NCBI GenBank assembly: GCA_963793865.1
Contig: CAWCBP010000009.1
Span: 13,424 to 77,423, forward strand
Source of the DNA: an uncultured delta proteobacterium
GTDB lineage: Bacteria > Desulfobacterota > WTBG01
Direction: 5' to 3'
DNA: 64,000 nt
Position numbers and translations under genes: made by a program. The notes under the pieces are model-generated. The model saw only the letters and a program-made list of their open reading frames with translations. It made no database searches and was not told the DNA's origin. Within the stretch, counting starts at the first letter, position 1. Each line of letters opens with the position of its first letter. Positions 40,631 through 51,775 of this stretch are shown piece after piece.

Positions 40631-41679
40631 GCATTAGCACCTGTTATCAATGCGGCCTCTGCACCGGCATCTGTCCCAAACGGCTGGTCAGCAGGTATTC
40701 CCCCCGCCGGGACCTGGAAAAGACGCTGCTGGCGCAGCAGGGGATCGACCTCTGGTCCTGCCTCACCTGCGGCCTGTGCTCCCAGTACTGCCCCCAGGGC
40801 GTGGGGTACCTGGACTTTATGCGGGACGCGCGGCGGAACGGGAAGCCGGATGTCGACTGCGTCGCCCACAAGTCGGTGTTCAATCTGGTCTCCCGGCTGA
40901 TGATCGCCTTCCCGGAGAAGAGCGGCGTGCCCACCGATTTGAAAGGCAGGCAGGACGACAAAAGCCCGGTGGGCTATTTCCCCGGCTGCATCGATTTTCT
41001 CGATTCGTTCCTGGAGGTGGGCACCGGCTTTCGTCCCATCGGAGAGTCCGCCTTGAAGCTGATGAACGCGGCGGGCATGGCGCCGCGGGTGATGGGCCTT
41101 AAATGTTGCGGCCACGACGATCTCTGGCAGGGCAACCAGGAGACGTTTGAAGCGCTCCGCGAACATAACACCCGGGCCATCAAGGAGAGCGGCATTAAAA
41201 CCCTGGTGGCCAGCTGCGCAGAGTGCACCCGCACCTTTGCCATCGATTATACTCTTGACATCGAGGTGCTGCACATCAGCCAGTTTCTGGAGCGCCACGG
41301 CGAAAAGCTTTCCTTCAAGGGGGAGGGAACCGTTGCCTATCACGATCCCTGCCGGCTGGGCAGGCACATGCAGGTCTATGATCCGCCGCGCAACCTGCTC
41401 GCCTCGGTGAAGGGGCTGAAGGTTGCCGAGCTGGAAAACAGCCGCGAGGACTGCCAGTGCTGCGGCATTTCCGCCTGGCTGGGGTGCTCAACCGAGTCCA
41501 AGGCGCTTTTGGTTAAAAAACTCGAGGAGGCCGAGCAGACCGGCGCGGCCACGCTGCTGACCGCCTGCACCAAGTGCCTGGCGCACCTTAATTGCGTGCT
41601 CAATGAGAAGCCCCCCTTACGGGAGTTCAAGGTGGCCGTGCAGGACATCACCAGCTTTCTTGCGGACCGGCTAGCCTGA
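40627..41679 (+). CDS. HdrD/BamD-like Fe-S plus CCG protein
   Basis: CYQCGLCTGICP and CLTCGLCSQYCP, followed by two CCG domains (FPGC..CCG..CAEC; YHDPC..CCG..CTKC). Confidence 0.88.
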   Translation: MSISTCYQCGLCTGICPKRLVSRYSPRRDLEKTLLAQQGIDLWSCLTCGLCSQYCPQGVGYLDFMRDARRNGKPDVDCVAHKSVFNLVSRLMIAFPEKSGVPTDLKGRQDDKSPVGYFPGCIDFLDSFLEVGTGFRPIGESALKLMNAAGMAPRVMGLKCCGHDDLWQGNQETFEALREHNTRAIKESGIKTLVASCAECTRTFAIDYTLDIEVLHISQFLERHGEKLSFKGEGTVAYHDPCRLGRHMQVYDPPRNLLASVKGLKVAELENSREDCQCCGISAWLGCSTESKALLVKKLEEAEQTGAATLLTACTKCLAHLNCVLNEKPPLREFKVAVQDITSFLADRLA

Positions 41680-41709
41680 TGGAAAGGCACTTTAGGAACA
41701 TTTCTATGC

Positions 41710-42192
41710 GTGGAGGAGAAGGTGCTACCCAAATCGGTTGACGAACTGGACCCGCAGTTCAAGTATGAGGTGACCGGCCAGCCCGGCGGGGAGAACATCA
41801 AAAAGTGTTTTGCCTGCGGCATCTGCACCGGGGGGTGTCCGGTGAGCGACATCGACCCGGCATATGATCCGCGCAAAATCATCCGCATGATTCTCCTGGG
41901 GATGAAAGAGAAGGTGCTCTCCTCGGACTTTATCTGGCTCTGCTCGCTCTGCAACACCTGCAGCTTCATCTGCCCGCAGAACGTGCGCTTCTCCGAAGTG
42001 ATGGGCGTGCTCAGGGACATGGCGGTGAAAAAGGGATACGTTGACGCCTCCTTCCCCCAGCAGATTGCCGCGGTTGACAAGTTTTCCCAGATCATGCGGG
42101 ACAAAATACTCCAGGCCATAGTGCAAAAGCGGGCCCAGAAGATGGCCATCGAGCCCAGGAAGCTCCTCCAGGAAGTCCTGGATGACATTTAG
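41710..42192 (+). CDS. hdrC: HdrC-like 2x[4Fe-4S] protein
   Basis: CFACGICTGGCP and WLCSLCNTCSFICP motifs. Confidence 0.85.
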   Translation: MEEKVLPKSVDELDPQFKYEVTGQPGGENIKKCFACGICTGGCPVSDIDPAYDPRKIIRMILLGMKEKVLSSDFIWLCSLCNTCSFICPQNVRFSEVMGVLRDMAVKKGYVDASFPQQIAAVDKFSQIMRDKILQAIVQKRAQKMAIEPRKLLQEVLDDI

Positions 42193-42238
42193 CGAGCAGT
42201 ACTGAGTATTATTTATCAAAATAAAGGGAGAGGCTCCT

Positions 42239-45200
42239 TTGGCGGACAAAAAAACAGTAGGCGCAGTAATGGTGGTGGGCGGCGGCATTTCCGGCATGCA
42301 GGCCTCCCTCGACCTTGCCGAGCTGGGCTACCGGGTGTACCTGGTCGAGTCCTCCCCGGCCATAGGCGGGGAGATGGCCAAGCTGGACAAGACCTTCCCC
42401 ACCAACGATTGCGCCCTCTGAATACTGTCTCCCAAACTCGTTGAGTCTGGCAGACACCGGAATATAGAGATCATCACCAACGCGAAGGTGGAGAAGGTCG
42501 CCGGCGAGGCAGGCGCGTTCAGCGCACGCGTGCGCGTCAGGCCCCGCTACGTGGTTCCTGAAAAGTGCACCGCCTGCGGGAACTGCTCCGACTACTGCCC
42601 CATCAGCATCCGCGACGATTACAACCAGGGTTTGCAAGAGGTGAAATGCATCTACGTTCCCTACGCCCAGGCGGTTCCCGCCTGCTACACGGTTGACCCG
42701 GCACACTGCCTCTTTCTCAACCAGCGGGAGTGCAGGCAGTGCGAGCAGGCCTGCGGCACCCATGCCATTGATCTCGACCAGCAGGAACAGGTGCTCAACC
42801 TCGAGGTCGGCGCGGTCATCCTGGCGCCGGGCCTGTCGGAGTTCAATGCCCGGCGCAAGGCCGAGTACGGCTACGGGCGCTTCGCCAACGTGATGACCAG
42901 CATGGAATTTGAGCGCATTCTCTGCGCCTCCGGCCCCTCCATGGGGCACATCGAGCGGCCGTCGGACGGCAGGGTCCCCAAGCGCATCGCCTTCCTGCAG
43001 TGCGTGGGATCGCGCGACCTGGCGGTGGGGAATCCGTACTGCTCATGCGTCTGTTGCATGTACGCCATCAAGGAGTCCATCGTCGCCCTGGAGCACGAGC
43101 CCAACCTGGAGATAAACATATTTTACATGGACATGCGCACCCAGGGAAAAGGGTTTGAAGAATTCTACGAGCGCGGGAAGGCGCAGGGGATCGGCTTTAT
43201 CCGCAGCAAGGTCTCGTCGTTGAAAGAGGCGCCCGGGAGCAAAAACCTGATTATACATTACGCGGAGGAGGACGGGACACACCGGGAGAAGGAAGTTGAC
43301 CTGGTGGTGCTCTCCATAGGCCTGGAGCCGGCGAAAGAGGCGGAGGAGCTCGCGCAGGCCACGGGCATATCGCTGAATGAATACCGCTTTTCCCGGACAA
43401 CTGAGTTTTCCCCGCTGCAAACCAGCCGGGAGGGAATTTTTGTCGCGGGCGTCTTTCAGGGACCCAAGGACATTCCGGAGACGGTTACCCAGGCCAGCGG
43501 CTCGGTGGCATCCGCCTCAGGACTGCTTGCCCCGGCCCGGGGGACGCTGGTGGCGGAGCAGACCTACCCGGCGGAGCTGCCCGTGGCGGAGAAGCCCCGC
43601 ATCGGCGTGTTTGTCTGCCACTGCGGCATCAACATCGCCGGGGTCATTGATGTCGGGGCGTTAAAGGAATACGCGCTCACCCTTCCCGACGTGGTGTTCG
43701 CGGAGCAGAACCACTACAGCTGTTCCCAGGACAACCAGGTGAACATGAAAAATGTCATCAGGGAGCACGGGCTCAACCGGGTGGTGGTGACGGCATGCAG
43801 CCCCCGCACCCATGAGCCGCTCTTCCAGGAGACCATGCGCGAGGCGGGGCTCAACAAGTGCCTCTTTGAGATGGCCAACATACGCGACCAGTGCAGCTGG
43901 GTGCACATGAAGGAAAAGGAGGCGGCGACCGAGAAGGCGAAGGACCTGCTGCGCATGGCGGTGGCCAAGGCCAGGATGCTTGCTCCTCTGCCTGAGCAGA
44001 CCGTTCCGGTTACGCCCAGGGGCCTGGTGATCGGCGGCGGCGTTGCCGGGATGACGGCCGCCCTGGCGCTGGCCGATCAGGGATTTGAGTGCGTGCTCAT
44101 CGAAAAGGAAAAGGAGCTGGGCGGGAATTTCAACAAGATTCACTATACCATGGAGGGAGGCGACACCCGGGAATTTCTTCAGGGGCTCAAAGAGCGGGTC
44201 GCAAGCCATGAGCGCATAGAAGTGCTTACCTCAACCGAAATAGAATCGGTCGAGGGCTACATCGGCAACTTTAAAACCACCCTGGCAAGCCATAACGGAA
44301 AAGAGTCCGGACCGCTGACCGTCGAGCACGGCGTGGTGATCGTTGCCACCGGTGCGGCGGAATACCGGCCGGTGGAGTATGGCTACGGCCAGGATGAGCG
44401 GGTGATCACCCAGTCCGAGTTCGAGGAAAAATTATACCTCGATCCGGCATCCTGCGCTTCCCTGAAACAGGTGGTGATGATCCAGTGCGTCGGCTCGCGG
44501 GAGAAGGAGCGGCCGTACTGCAGCAAGCTCTGCTGCAGCAAGGCCATTAAGAACGCGCTTAAAATCAAGGAGCTCAACCCCGCATGCGAGGTGGCCATTC
44601 TCTACCGGGACGTCCGGGCCTACGGCTTCCGGGAGGACTGGTACACCAGGGCGCGCGAGGCGGGGGTTATCTTCATTCACTACGAGCCGGAACACAAGCC
44701 GGAGGTGATCATTGACGGTCAGCAGCTGCAGGTGTCGGTGACCGATCCCCTGCTTTCAGAGACGCTTGCATTCTCTCCCGACCTGCTGGTGCTCAGCACC
44801 GCGGTTGTTGCGGGTGAGAACCAGAAGCTCTCCCAGCTGCTGAAGCTCCCCCTGACCCAGGACGGGTTTTTTCTCGAGGCCCACGTGAAGCTGCGGCCGG
44901 TGGACTTTGCGGTGGACGGGGTGTTCCTCTGCGGCCTGGCCCACTTTCCCAAGCCGGTGGACGAGTCCATTGCCCAGGCATCTGCGGCTGCGGCCCGTGC
45001 CGCCATTCCGCTCGCCAAGGGCAGGGTCGAGGTGGAGCCCATCGTTTCATGGGTTGATCAGACCGCCTGCTTCGGCTGCGGCATCTGCGAATACCTCTGC
45101 CCCTTTAACGCCATCCGGGTTGCGGAGACGGACAGGGGCAGGAAGGCCGAGACCATTGCCGCGTCATGCAAGGGGTGCGGGCTCTGCGCCTCGCACTGTC

Positions 45201-45277
45201 CGAGAAGGACCATCAGCATGGGACGGTTCACCAGCGAGCAGATCGAAGCCCAGATTCATGCCCTGCTGGCAGGATAG
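42239..45277 (+). CDS. hdrA: Selenocysteine-containing double-module HdrA (BamE-like, 1012 aa with UGA readthrough)
   Basis: ORFs 42239-42421 and 42488-45277 are in frame. [14 protein letters not shown](42419-42421)-ILSPKL aligns with [18 protein letters not shown] of the paralogue at 33682. Confidence 0.93.
42436..42459 (+). promoter_or_regulatory. Candidate SECIS hairpin (Sec-HdrA)
   Basis: Two alternative short hairpins after the UGA: ACTC-GTT-GAGT (42436-42446) and GTCT-GGC-AGAC (42445-42455). Confidence 0.5.
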
Positions 45278-45299
45278 CATAAACTAATAAGAGGAAAAG

Positions 45300-46121
45300 A
45301 TGCAGGAAACAGCGGTCACCATCCAGCCTGATTACCAGCCCAAAATTCTGGGGTTCTTTTGCCACTGGTGCTGTTACGCGGGCGCTGATGCCGCGGGGGT
45401 CTCGCGCTTCCAGTACCCGCCGCACATCAGGGTGGTTCGGATCATGTGCACGGCGCGGGTTGATGCCGCCTTCATCATGGAGGCCTTTCTGCAGGGCGTG
45501 GACGGCGTCCTGGTGGGCGGGTGACACCTGGGTGAATGCCATTACCAGTCTGGTAATGTCGAGGCAGTGCACACCATCGATGCGGCATCCCGGCTCCTGG
45601 GCCACGTCGGCATCAATCCCCGCAGGCTCAGCCTGGAATGGGTTTCCGCCGCCGAAGCGCCCCGCTATGTAAGCATTGTGACCGCCTTTTCGGAGCGGAT
45701 CACGTCGCTGGGCCCCATCGGAGCGAAAGAAGGGATCAGCTCCGGGGAGCTGACCTTCAGACTCAAGGCTGCAAAGGCGGTCTCGCAGGGAGAGAAGTTC
45801 AGGTGGATCCTGGGGAAAAAGACTGAATTCAGCCGTGAGGGGAATGTCTACGGCGAGGTCTTCAGCGGGCACGAGCTGGGACGGCTCCTCGAGGGGCTTA
45901 TTACCGAGGATTTTCAGGTGCACGAAATCCTGCAGCTGCTCGGGGAAAGGACATACACGGTCAAGGATATTGCCGGGCGTCTGGGTCTGCCGCCGTCGCT
46001 GGTGCTCATGCACCTTACCGCGCTGCGCAGAAGAAAGCTGGCCGCGGTGAAAGAGATAAAAGACGGCTCTCCCTATTACGCGCTCTGCCCGGAGGGCGAC
46101 AGGAAACAGCATGGATGCTAA
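45300..46121 (+). CDS. mvhD: Selenocysteine-containing MvhD-domain protein with C-terminal winged-HTH extension (BamF-like, 273 aa)
   Basis: FFCHWCCYAGAD and VDGVLVGG-UGA(45522-45524)-HLGECHY, in frame with ORF 45567-46121. The tail EILQLL..TVKDIAGRLGLPPSLVLMHLTALRR is HTH-like. Confidence 0.88.
45540..45558 (+). promoter_or_regulatory. Putative bacterial SECIS hairpin (second mvhD)
   Basis: CATTACCA-GTC-TGGTAATG, with the stem starting 16 nt after the UGA; same position as in the first mvhD. Confidence 0.75.
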
Positions 46122-47769
46122 GGTAACCCTGGTGGTGGGCGGAAGTCTGGCGGGCATTCAGGCGGCCCTCGAGCAGGCGGACGCGGGCAATACCGTCTAC
46201 CTCATCGAAGAGGCGCCCGGCCTGGCGGGGCACCGGATAACCTCCGGCGACGGATTTGATCCCGCTGACCCGTTTACCCGGATCGATCTCAAGCGGTTGA
46301 AGGAACATCCCCGGATCACCGTTCTCACCGGCACCGATATTGAGAGAATTGCGGAAAAGGACGGCACGTACCGGGTAAAAATCAGGAAGCGCCCGGCGCG
46401 GGTGATCGAGGAAAAGTGCAATGACTGCCAGGACTGCATCAGGGTCTGTCCCATCAACATGTGGGACGATTACAGCCAGGGACTGTCCCTGCGCACGGCC
46501 ATCGATTACGGGAATCATGATTACTTCTCCTACAGCATCCATAAGGAGATACCCCTCTGCCAGAGGACCTGTCCGGTCAACCTTGATGTCAGGGGTTATG
46601 TCGGCCTGATTGCGGAGGGGAAGTACGAAGAGTCGCTGGCGCTCATCCGCGAGAGGCTCCCCTTTCCGGGAATCATCGGAAGGATATGCCCTCACCCCTG
46701 CGAAGAGCGCTGCAACCGCGGCGTGGAGGACAAGCCGCTGTGCATTCGCGACCTGAAGCGCTTTGTGGCTGACCGCGAGCTTGCCCGGGTGAAGCCGCAG
46801 GCGCACAAGAAGCGGGCGCCGGTTCGCCGGGAGAGGATTGCCGTTGTCGGCGCGGGCCCGGCCGGGCTTGCCTGCGCGTACGATCTTGCCATCGAGGGAT
46901 ATCAGGCGGTCGTCTTCGAATCGCTCCCCCGCGCGGGCGGGATGCTGGCGGTGGGCATTCCGGATTACCGTTTGCCCCGGGCCATCCTCGAAGGGGAGAT
47001 TGACGTGGTGAGAAACCTGGGGGTGGACATTCAATACAACAAAACCCTGGGCAGGGAATTCACCCTCGACGATCTTTTTAAGCAGGGATTCAAGGCGGTG
47101 TTTATTGCCGTGGGGGCGCATCAGCCCATGGGCATGGGAACGCCCGGTGAGGAAACGCCCGGTGTTGAACCGGGGGTGGACATGCTCCGCAGCCTGAACC
47201 TGGGAGAAGCGGTACAGGTCGGGGAGCGGGTGGGCGTGATCGGGGGAGGCAATGTTGCCATCGACGCGGCCCGCTGCTCGCTCCGGTGCGGAGCCCGGGA
47301 GGTTACCATCTTCTACCGCAGGTCACGCGCTGAAATGCCGGCGAGCGAGGAAGAGATTGAAGCCGCCCTGGCCGAGAACATATCCATTGAGTATCTCACT
47401 GCTCCCGAGGAGGTGCTGGCGAAGAACAACCGGGTTTCCGGTTTAAAGCTGATCCGCATGCAGCTGGGAGAGCCTGACGCCTCGGGGCGAAGAAGGCCTG
47501 AGCCCGTGCAAGGGTCGCAGTTTGTAGTTGAGCTGGACACCATCATTCCGGCCATCGGGCAGCGCTCGGACCTTTCCTTTATTCCCGAGGGAGACGGCAT
47601 CAAGACCACCAGGTGGGGCAGCATCGTGGCAGATCCGGACACCCTTGCCACCGGCAGGGCGGGCGTGTTTGCCGGGGGCGATTGCGTTGACGGCCCGGGC
47701 ATCGCGATCCAGGCCGTGGCCTCGGGCAAGAAGGCGGCTGCATCCATTATGCGCTATCTTGAGAAGTGA
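46111..47769 (+). CDS. HdrA N-terminus fused to a GltD/NfnB-like NAD(P)H flavoprotein (HdrL-like, N-terminal part)
   Basis: VVGGSLAG, CNDCQDCIRVCP, CQRTCP..GRICPHPCEERC, VVGAGPAG, GMLAVGIP.YRLP, IGGGNVA.D and YRRS motifs. Confidence 0.85.
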   Translation: MDAKVTLVVGGSLAGIQAALEQADAGNTVYLIEEAPGLAGHRITSGDGFDPADPFTRIDLKRLKEHPRITVLTGTDIERIAEKDGTYRVKIRKRPARVIEEKCNDCQDCIRVCPINMWDDYSQGLSLRTAIDYGNHDYFSYSIHKEIPLCQRTCPVNLDVRGYVGLIAEGKYEESLALIRERLPFPGIIGRICPHPCEERCNRGVEDKPLCIRDLKRFVADRELARVKPQAHKKRAPVRRERIAVVGAGPAGLACAYDLAIEGYQAVVFESLPRAGGMLAVGIPDYRLPRAILEGEIDVVRNLGVDIQYNKTLGREFTLDDLFKQGFKAVFIAVGAHQPMGMGTPGEETPGVEPGVDMLRSLNLGEAVQVGERVGVIGGGNVAIDAARCSLRCGAREVTIFYRRSRAEMPASEEEIEAALAENISIEYLTAPEEVLAKNNRVSGLKLIRMQLGEPDASGRRRPEPVQGSQFVVELDTIIPAIGQRSDLSFIPEGDGIKTTRWGSIVADPDTLATGRAGVFAGGDCVDGPGIAIQAVASGKKAAASIMRYLEK

Positions 47770-48668
47770 CGGGGTTTTCAACCATGCTGGAAGAAACAAA
47801 GCGATACATAATCGACTTCAAGGACATTCCCGCTCCCCGGGCCAAAATGCCCGAGCTTCCTCCCGGCGAAAGGGTAAGCGGGTTTGAAGAGATCGAGAAA
47901 GGCTTTGCGGAGGAGCAGGCGCAGATCGAGGCGAAGCGCTGCCTGAGCTGCCGCCGGTGCCTGGGGTGCAAGCTCTGTCTCGCGGCCTGCGAAAAGGAGG
48001 CCATTGATTTCGGCCAGGCGGAAGAGGAGCAGGAGATAGAGGTCGACGCGGTGATTATCGCTCCGGGGGCAATGCGATACCCGGCGCCACTGGATGAGCG
48101 CTTCACCTGCGGCAGCGGAGCCAATCTTCTCAAAGACATTGAGTTTGAGGGGATGCTTGATCCGCAGGGGCCGTACGGAGGATTAGTGCTGCGGCCCTCT
48201 GACGGGGATATCCCCCGCAAGCTGGGGTTTGTTTTCCGCGGAGGGGAAAAGTCCGGCAGACATTCACTTGTTGTCATGCTCAAGGAGGCCGCGGCGGCCC
48301 ATAGAAAGATTGAAGGAGTCGAGCTGTGGCTTTTCCTGCCGCAGGCGATGGAATCAATGGATGACTGTAAATCCTTTTTGGACGGGATGCCGCAGGTCAC
48401 CCTCAAGCACTGCACGGTGGATTCGGTTACGGAAATTGCTGATACCGGAAACCTTGCGGTTGAATACCGGGAGGGTACGGAAAAGCGGATTGAGAGGTTC
48501 CAGATGATTGTTGTCTCAACTGAGCAGAGGCTGCCGGAGACGGCCCGCCTGCTGGCAGACCAGTTGAGGCTGAAGCTTGCCCGGCAGGTTGAGCCCTCGG
48601 AGGCTTATCAACCGGTACCTGCGGGCAGGGATGGTATTTCGATCACCGGGGGCATAGCCGCCGGCTAA
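47766..48668 (+). CDS. HdrL-like C-terminal part (GltD tail, ferredoxin and degenerate HdrA domain)
   Basis: MPEL..ER..FEEIEKG..EAKRCLSCRRCLGCKLCLAAC..AIDF, VDAVIIAPG and GPYGGLVLRPSDG; the HdrA Cys motif is absent. Confidence 0.75.
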   Translation: MTGFSTMLEETKRYIIDFKDIPAPRAKMPELPPGERVSGFEEIEKGFAEEQAQIEAKRCLSCRRCLGCKLCLAACEKEAIDFGQAEEEQEIEVDAVIIAPGAMRYPAPLDERFTCGSGANLLKDIEFEGMLDPQGPYGGLVLRPSDGDIPRKLGFVFRGGEKSGRHSLVVMLKEAAAAHRKIEGVELWLFLPQAMESMDDCKSFLDGMPQVTLKHCTVDSVTEIADTGNLAVEYREGTEKRIERFQMIVVSTEQRLPETARLLADQLRLKLARQVEPSEAYQPVPAGRDGISITGGIAAG

Positions 48669-48682
48669 GCGGGGAAGCGGTA

Positions 48683-49036
48683 GTGATAAAGAAACATTTG
48701 TCGGTCGACATCAATAAATGTACGGGGTGCAGGATGTGCGAGCTTGCCTGCGCTATGGTGCGGGAGAAGGTTTTTAACCCCAAGAAGGCGCGCATACGCG
48801 TTTACCTTATCGGGATACCCGAAGTGCCCATCCCCGTTTATACCAGAAAGTGTGATGCCTGCGGAGGCGATCCCACCTGTGTAAAATACTGTGAAGTGGG
48901 CGCGCTCATCTACTCGGAGGAAAACCCCAAGCAGGACAAGAAAAAAATTCTCCTGGCGGAAGAGCTTGCCCTGGAATGGCTGCGCAACGCGGAGAACAGC
49001 ATGCCGAGCGGAGATCCGGATGAAAGTGAAGGTTAA
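48683..49036 (+). CDS. Small 4Fe-4S protein of the type associated with AOR-family operons
   Basis: CTGCRMCELAC..NPKKARIRV..CDACGGDPTCVKYC pattern. Confidence 0.8.
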   Translation: MIKKHLSVDINKCTGCRMCELACAMVREKVFNPKKARIRVYLIGIPEVPIPVYTRKCDACGGDPTCVKYCEVGALIYSEENPKQDKKKILLAEELALEWLRNAENSMPSGDPDESEG

Positions 49037-49304
49037 AACCTTTGCCAATTTGCGAGACATTGTTGGCAAGCCTGAAATAGAGCATGAGACACAGGACGGG
49101 GCCACCCTGGGATACCTGCTGGATGATTTGTGCCGGACCTACGGGAAGTCCTTTGAGCATCAGATAAAGGACAGAAAAACCGGGGTGATAGTACCGTTTC
49201 TCATGCTGGTCAACGATAAAACCTGCCGCTCCGTGGCCGACCTTGCCACCCCTCTCGGGGCGGGCGACACAATTACCATCATGCTTCCCTTCGACGGGGG
49301 ATGA
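49020..49304 (+). CDS. MoaD/ThiS sulfur carrier
   Basis: Beta-grasp pattern MKVKVKTFA..MLVN with a C-terminal di-glycine (PFDGG). Confidence 0.88.
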   Translation: MKVKVKTFANLRDIVGKPEIEHETQDGATLGYLLDDLCRTYGKSFEHQIKDRKTGVIVPFLMLVNDKTCRSVADLATPLGAGDTITIMLPFDGG

Positions 49305-49366
49305 GGAGCGATGAAAGATCATGGTATAGATGATGGACGTGCATGGAGTAGATGACAGATGAAAAA

Positions 49367-49394
49367 TGGAGTAATGGAGTGCTGGAGTAATGGA
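49367..49394. repeat. Short tandem octamer repeat
   Basis: TGGAGTAA-TGGAGTGC-TGGAGTAA-TGGA, with a further TGGAGTAG at 49344. Confidence 0.6.
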
Positions 49395-49426
49395 TTCTGA
49401 TTCCTGACTGTTGCCCCTGAGCATGC

Positions 49427-49467
49427 AACCCCTCGCCCTATCAGAAGAGCGGGGGTTTTTTATTTTT
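49427..49467 (+). terminator. Putative intrinsic terminator closing the redox cluster
   Basis: AACCCCTCGC...GCGGGGGTT stem followed by a long T run. Confidence 0.6.
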
Positions 49468-49696
49468 AAAATCAATAAGATAATAACCTTCAACGCCGCA
49501 TGCCCATTTTGTGCTGGAGGGTACAATCATAATACTCTGTTATTGCTGATATTTTTACTGCAGGGGTTTTTTATGAACTTAAAAGAGCAACCGGAGGTTT
49601 ATAATCCCTATTTCCTCTTTAACGATTATCTATTAATTTATAAGTCAATTCGATTACTTAGTTATAATAACGTCAATATTAATACAAATAATTATT

Positions 49697-49713
49697 TTGG
49701 TACCCAGCTTGCT
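49697..49713 (+). promoter_or_regulatory. Putative sigma54 (-24/-12) promoter
   Basis: TTGGTACCCAGCTTGCT gives GG-N10-GC, close to the TGGCAC-N5-TTGC consensus. It lies about 60 nt upstream of the sigma factor start, after an AT-rich tract. Confidence 0.65.
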
Positions 49714-49773
49714 TATCGATTGTTGTTACTAAGAGGCAAATCGATTGCTATAAATTATAAAAGAGGTGGGAAC

Positions 49774-51510
<1,737 letters not shown>

Positions 51511-51535
51511 TAGTGTTGTCCATTGTTTGTTATCG

Positions 51536-51574
51536 CCCCCTCACCCCATCCCTCTCCCCGTTGGGGCGAGGGGG
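51536..51574. repeat. REP-like palindrome, CCCTCACCC..CCCTCTCCCC-N-GGGG(A/C)GAGGG family
   Basis: Related copies at 51602-51797 (interrupted), 56362-56398 (inverted, 35 of 37 nt identical) and 61953-61991. Confidence 0.75.
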
Positions 51575-51614
51575 TTTTTAATTTCTTCCAGGCAAAACAT
51601 TCCCCCGCCCCTTT

Positions 51615-51775
51615 GAGACTGTGTCATAATAGGCAATATTGTCATTCCGAATCCTTTGCGGTGTCATTCTGAGCGCAAGCGAAGAATCTCCATTTTCTAA
51701 TTCATTGATAATAAGAGATTCTTCACTTCGTTCAGAATGACAAACTTGGCACATTCCTAATTATGACACAGTCTC
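51615..51775. mobile_element. MITE-like element with 16-bp TIRs and TTT direct repeats
   Basis: GAGACTGTGTCATAAT (51615-51630) and ATTATGACACAGTCTC (51760-51775), with TTT on both flanks. Internal GTCATTCTGA..GAATCTC / GAGATTC..TCAGAATGAC REP pair. Confidence 0.8.

Noticed and set aside
41677..41712. UGA of the HdrD-like gene is in frame with the next hdrC (10 sense codons between), suggesting a Sec readthrough fusion
   Set aside because: The UGA is at the natural end of the CCG domain, does not align to a conserved Cys, and has no convincing hairpin after it.
47767..47811. Possible Sec readthrough joining the two HdrL-like halves
   Set aside because: Readthrough meets TAA after 13 codons, and the second half is in another frame.
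49411..49773. N-terminal 121 codons of the 699-aa sigma ORF
   Set aside because: The stretch spans a terminator, an AT-rich tract and a promoter motif. The RBS points to TTG 49774 as the start.
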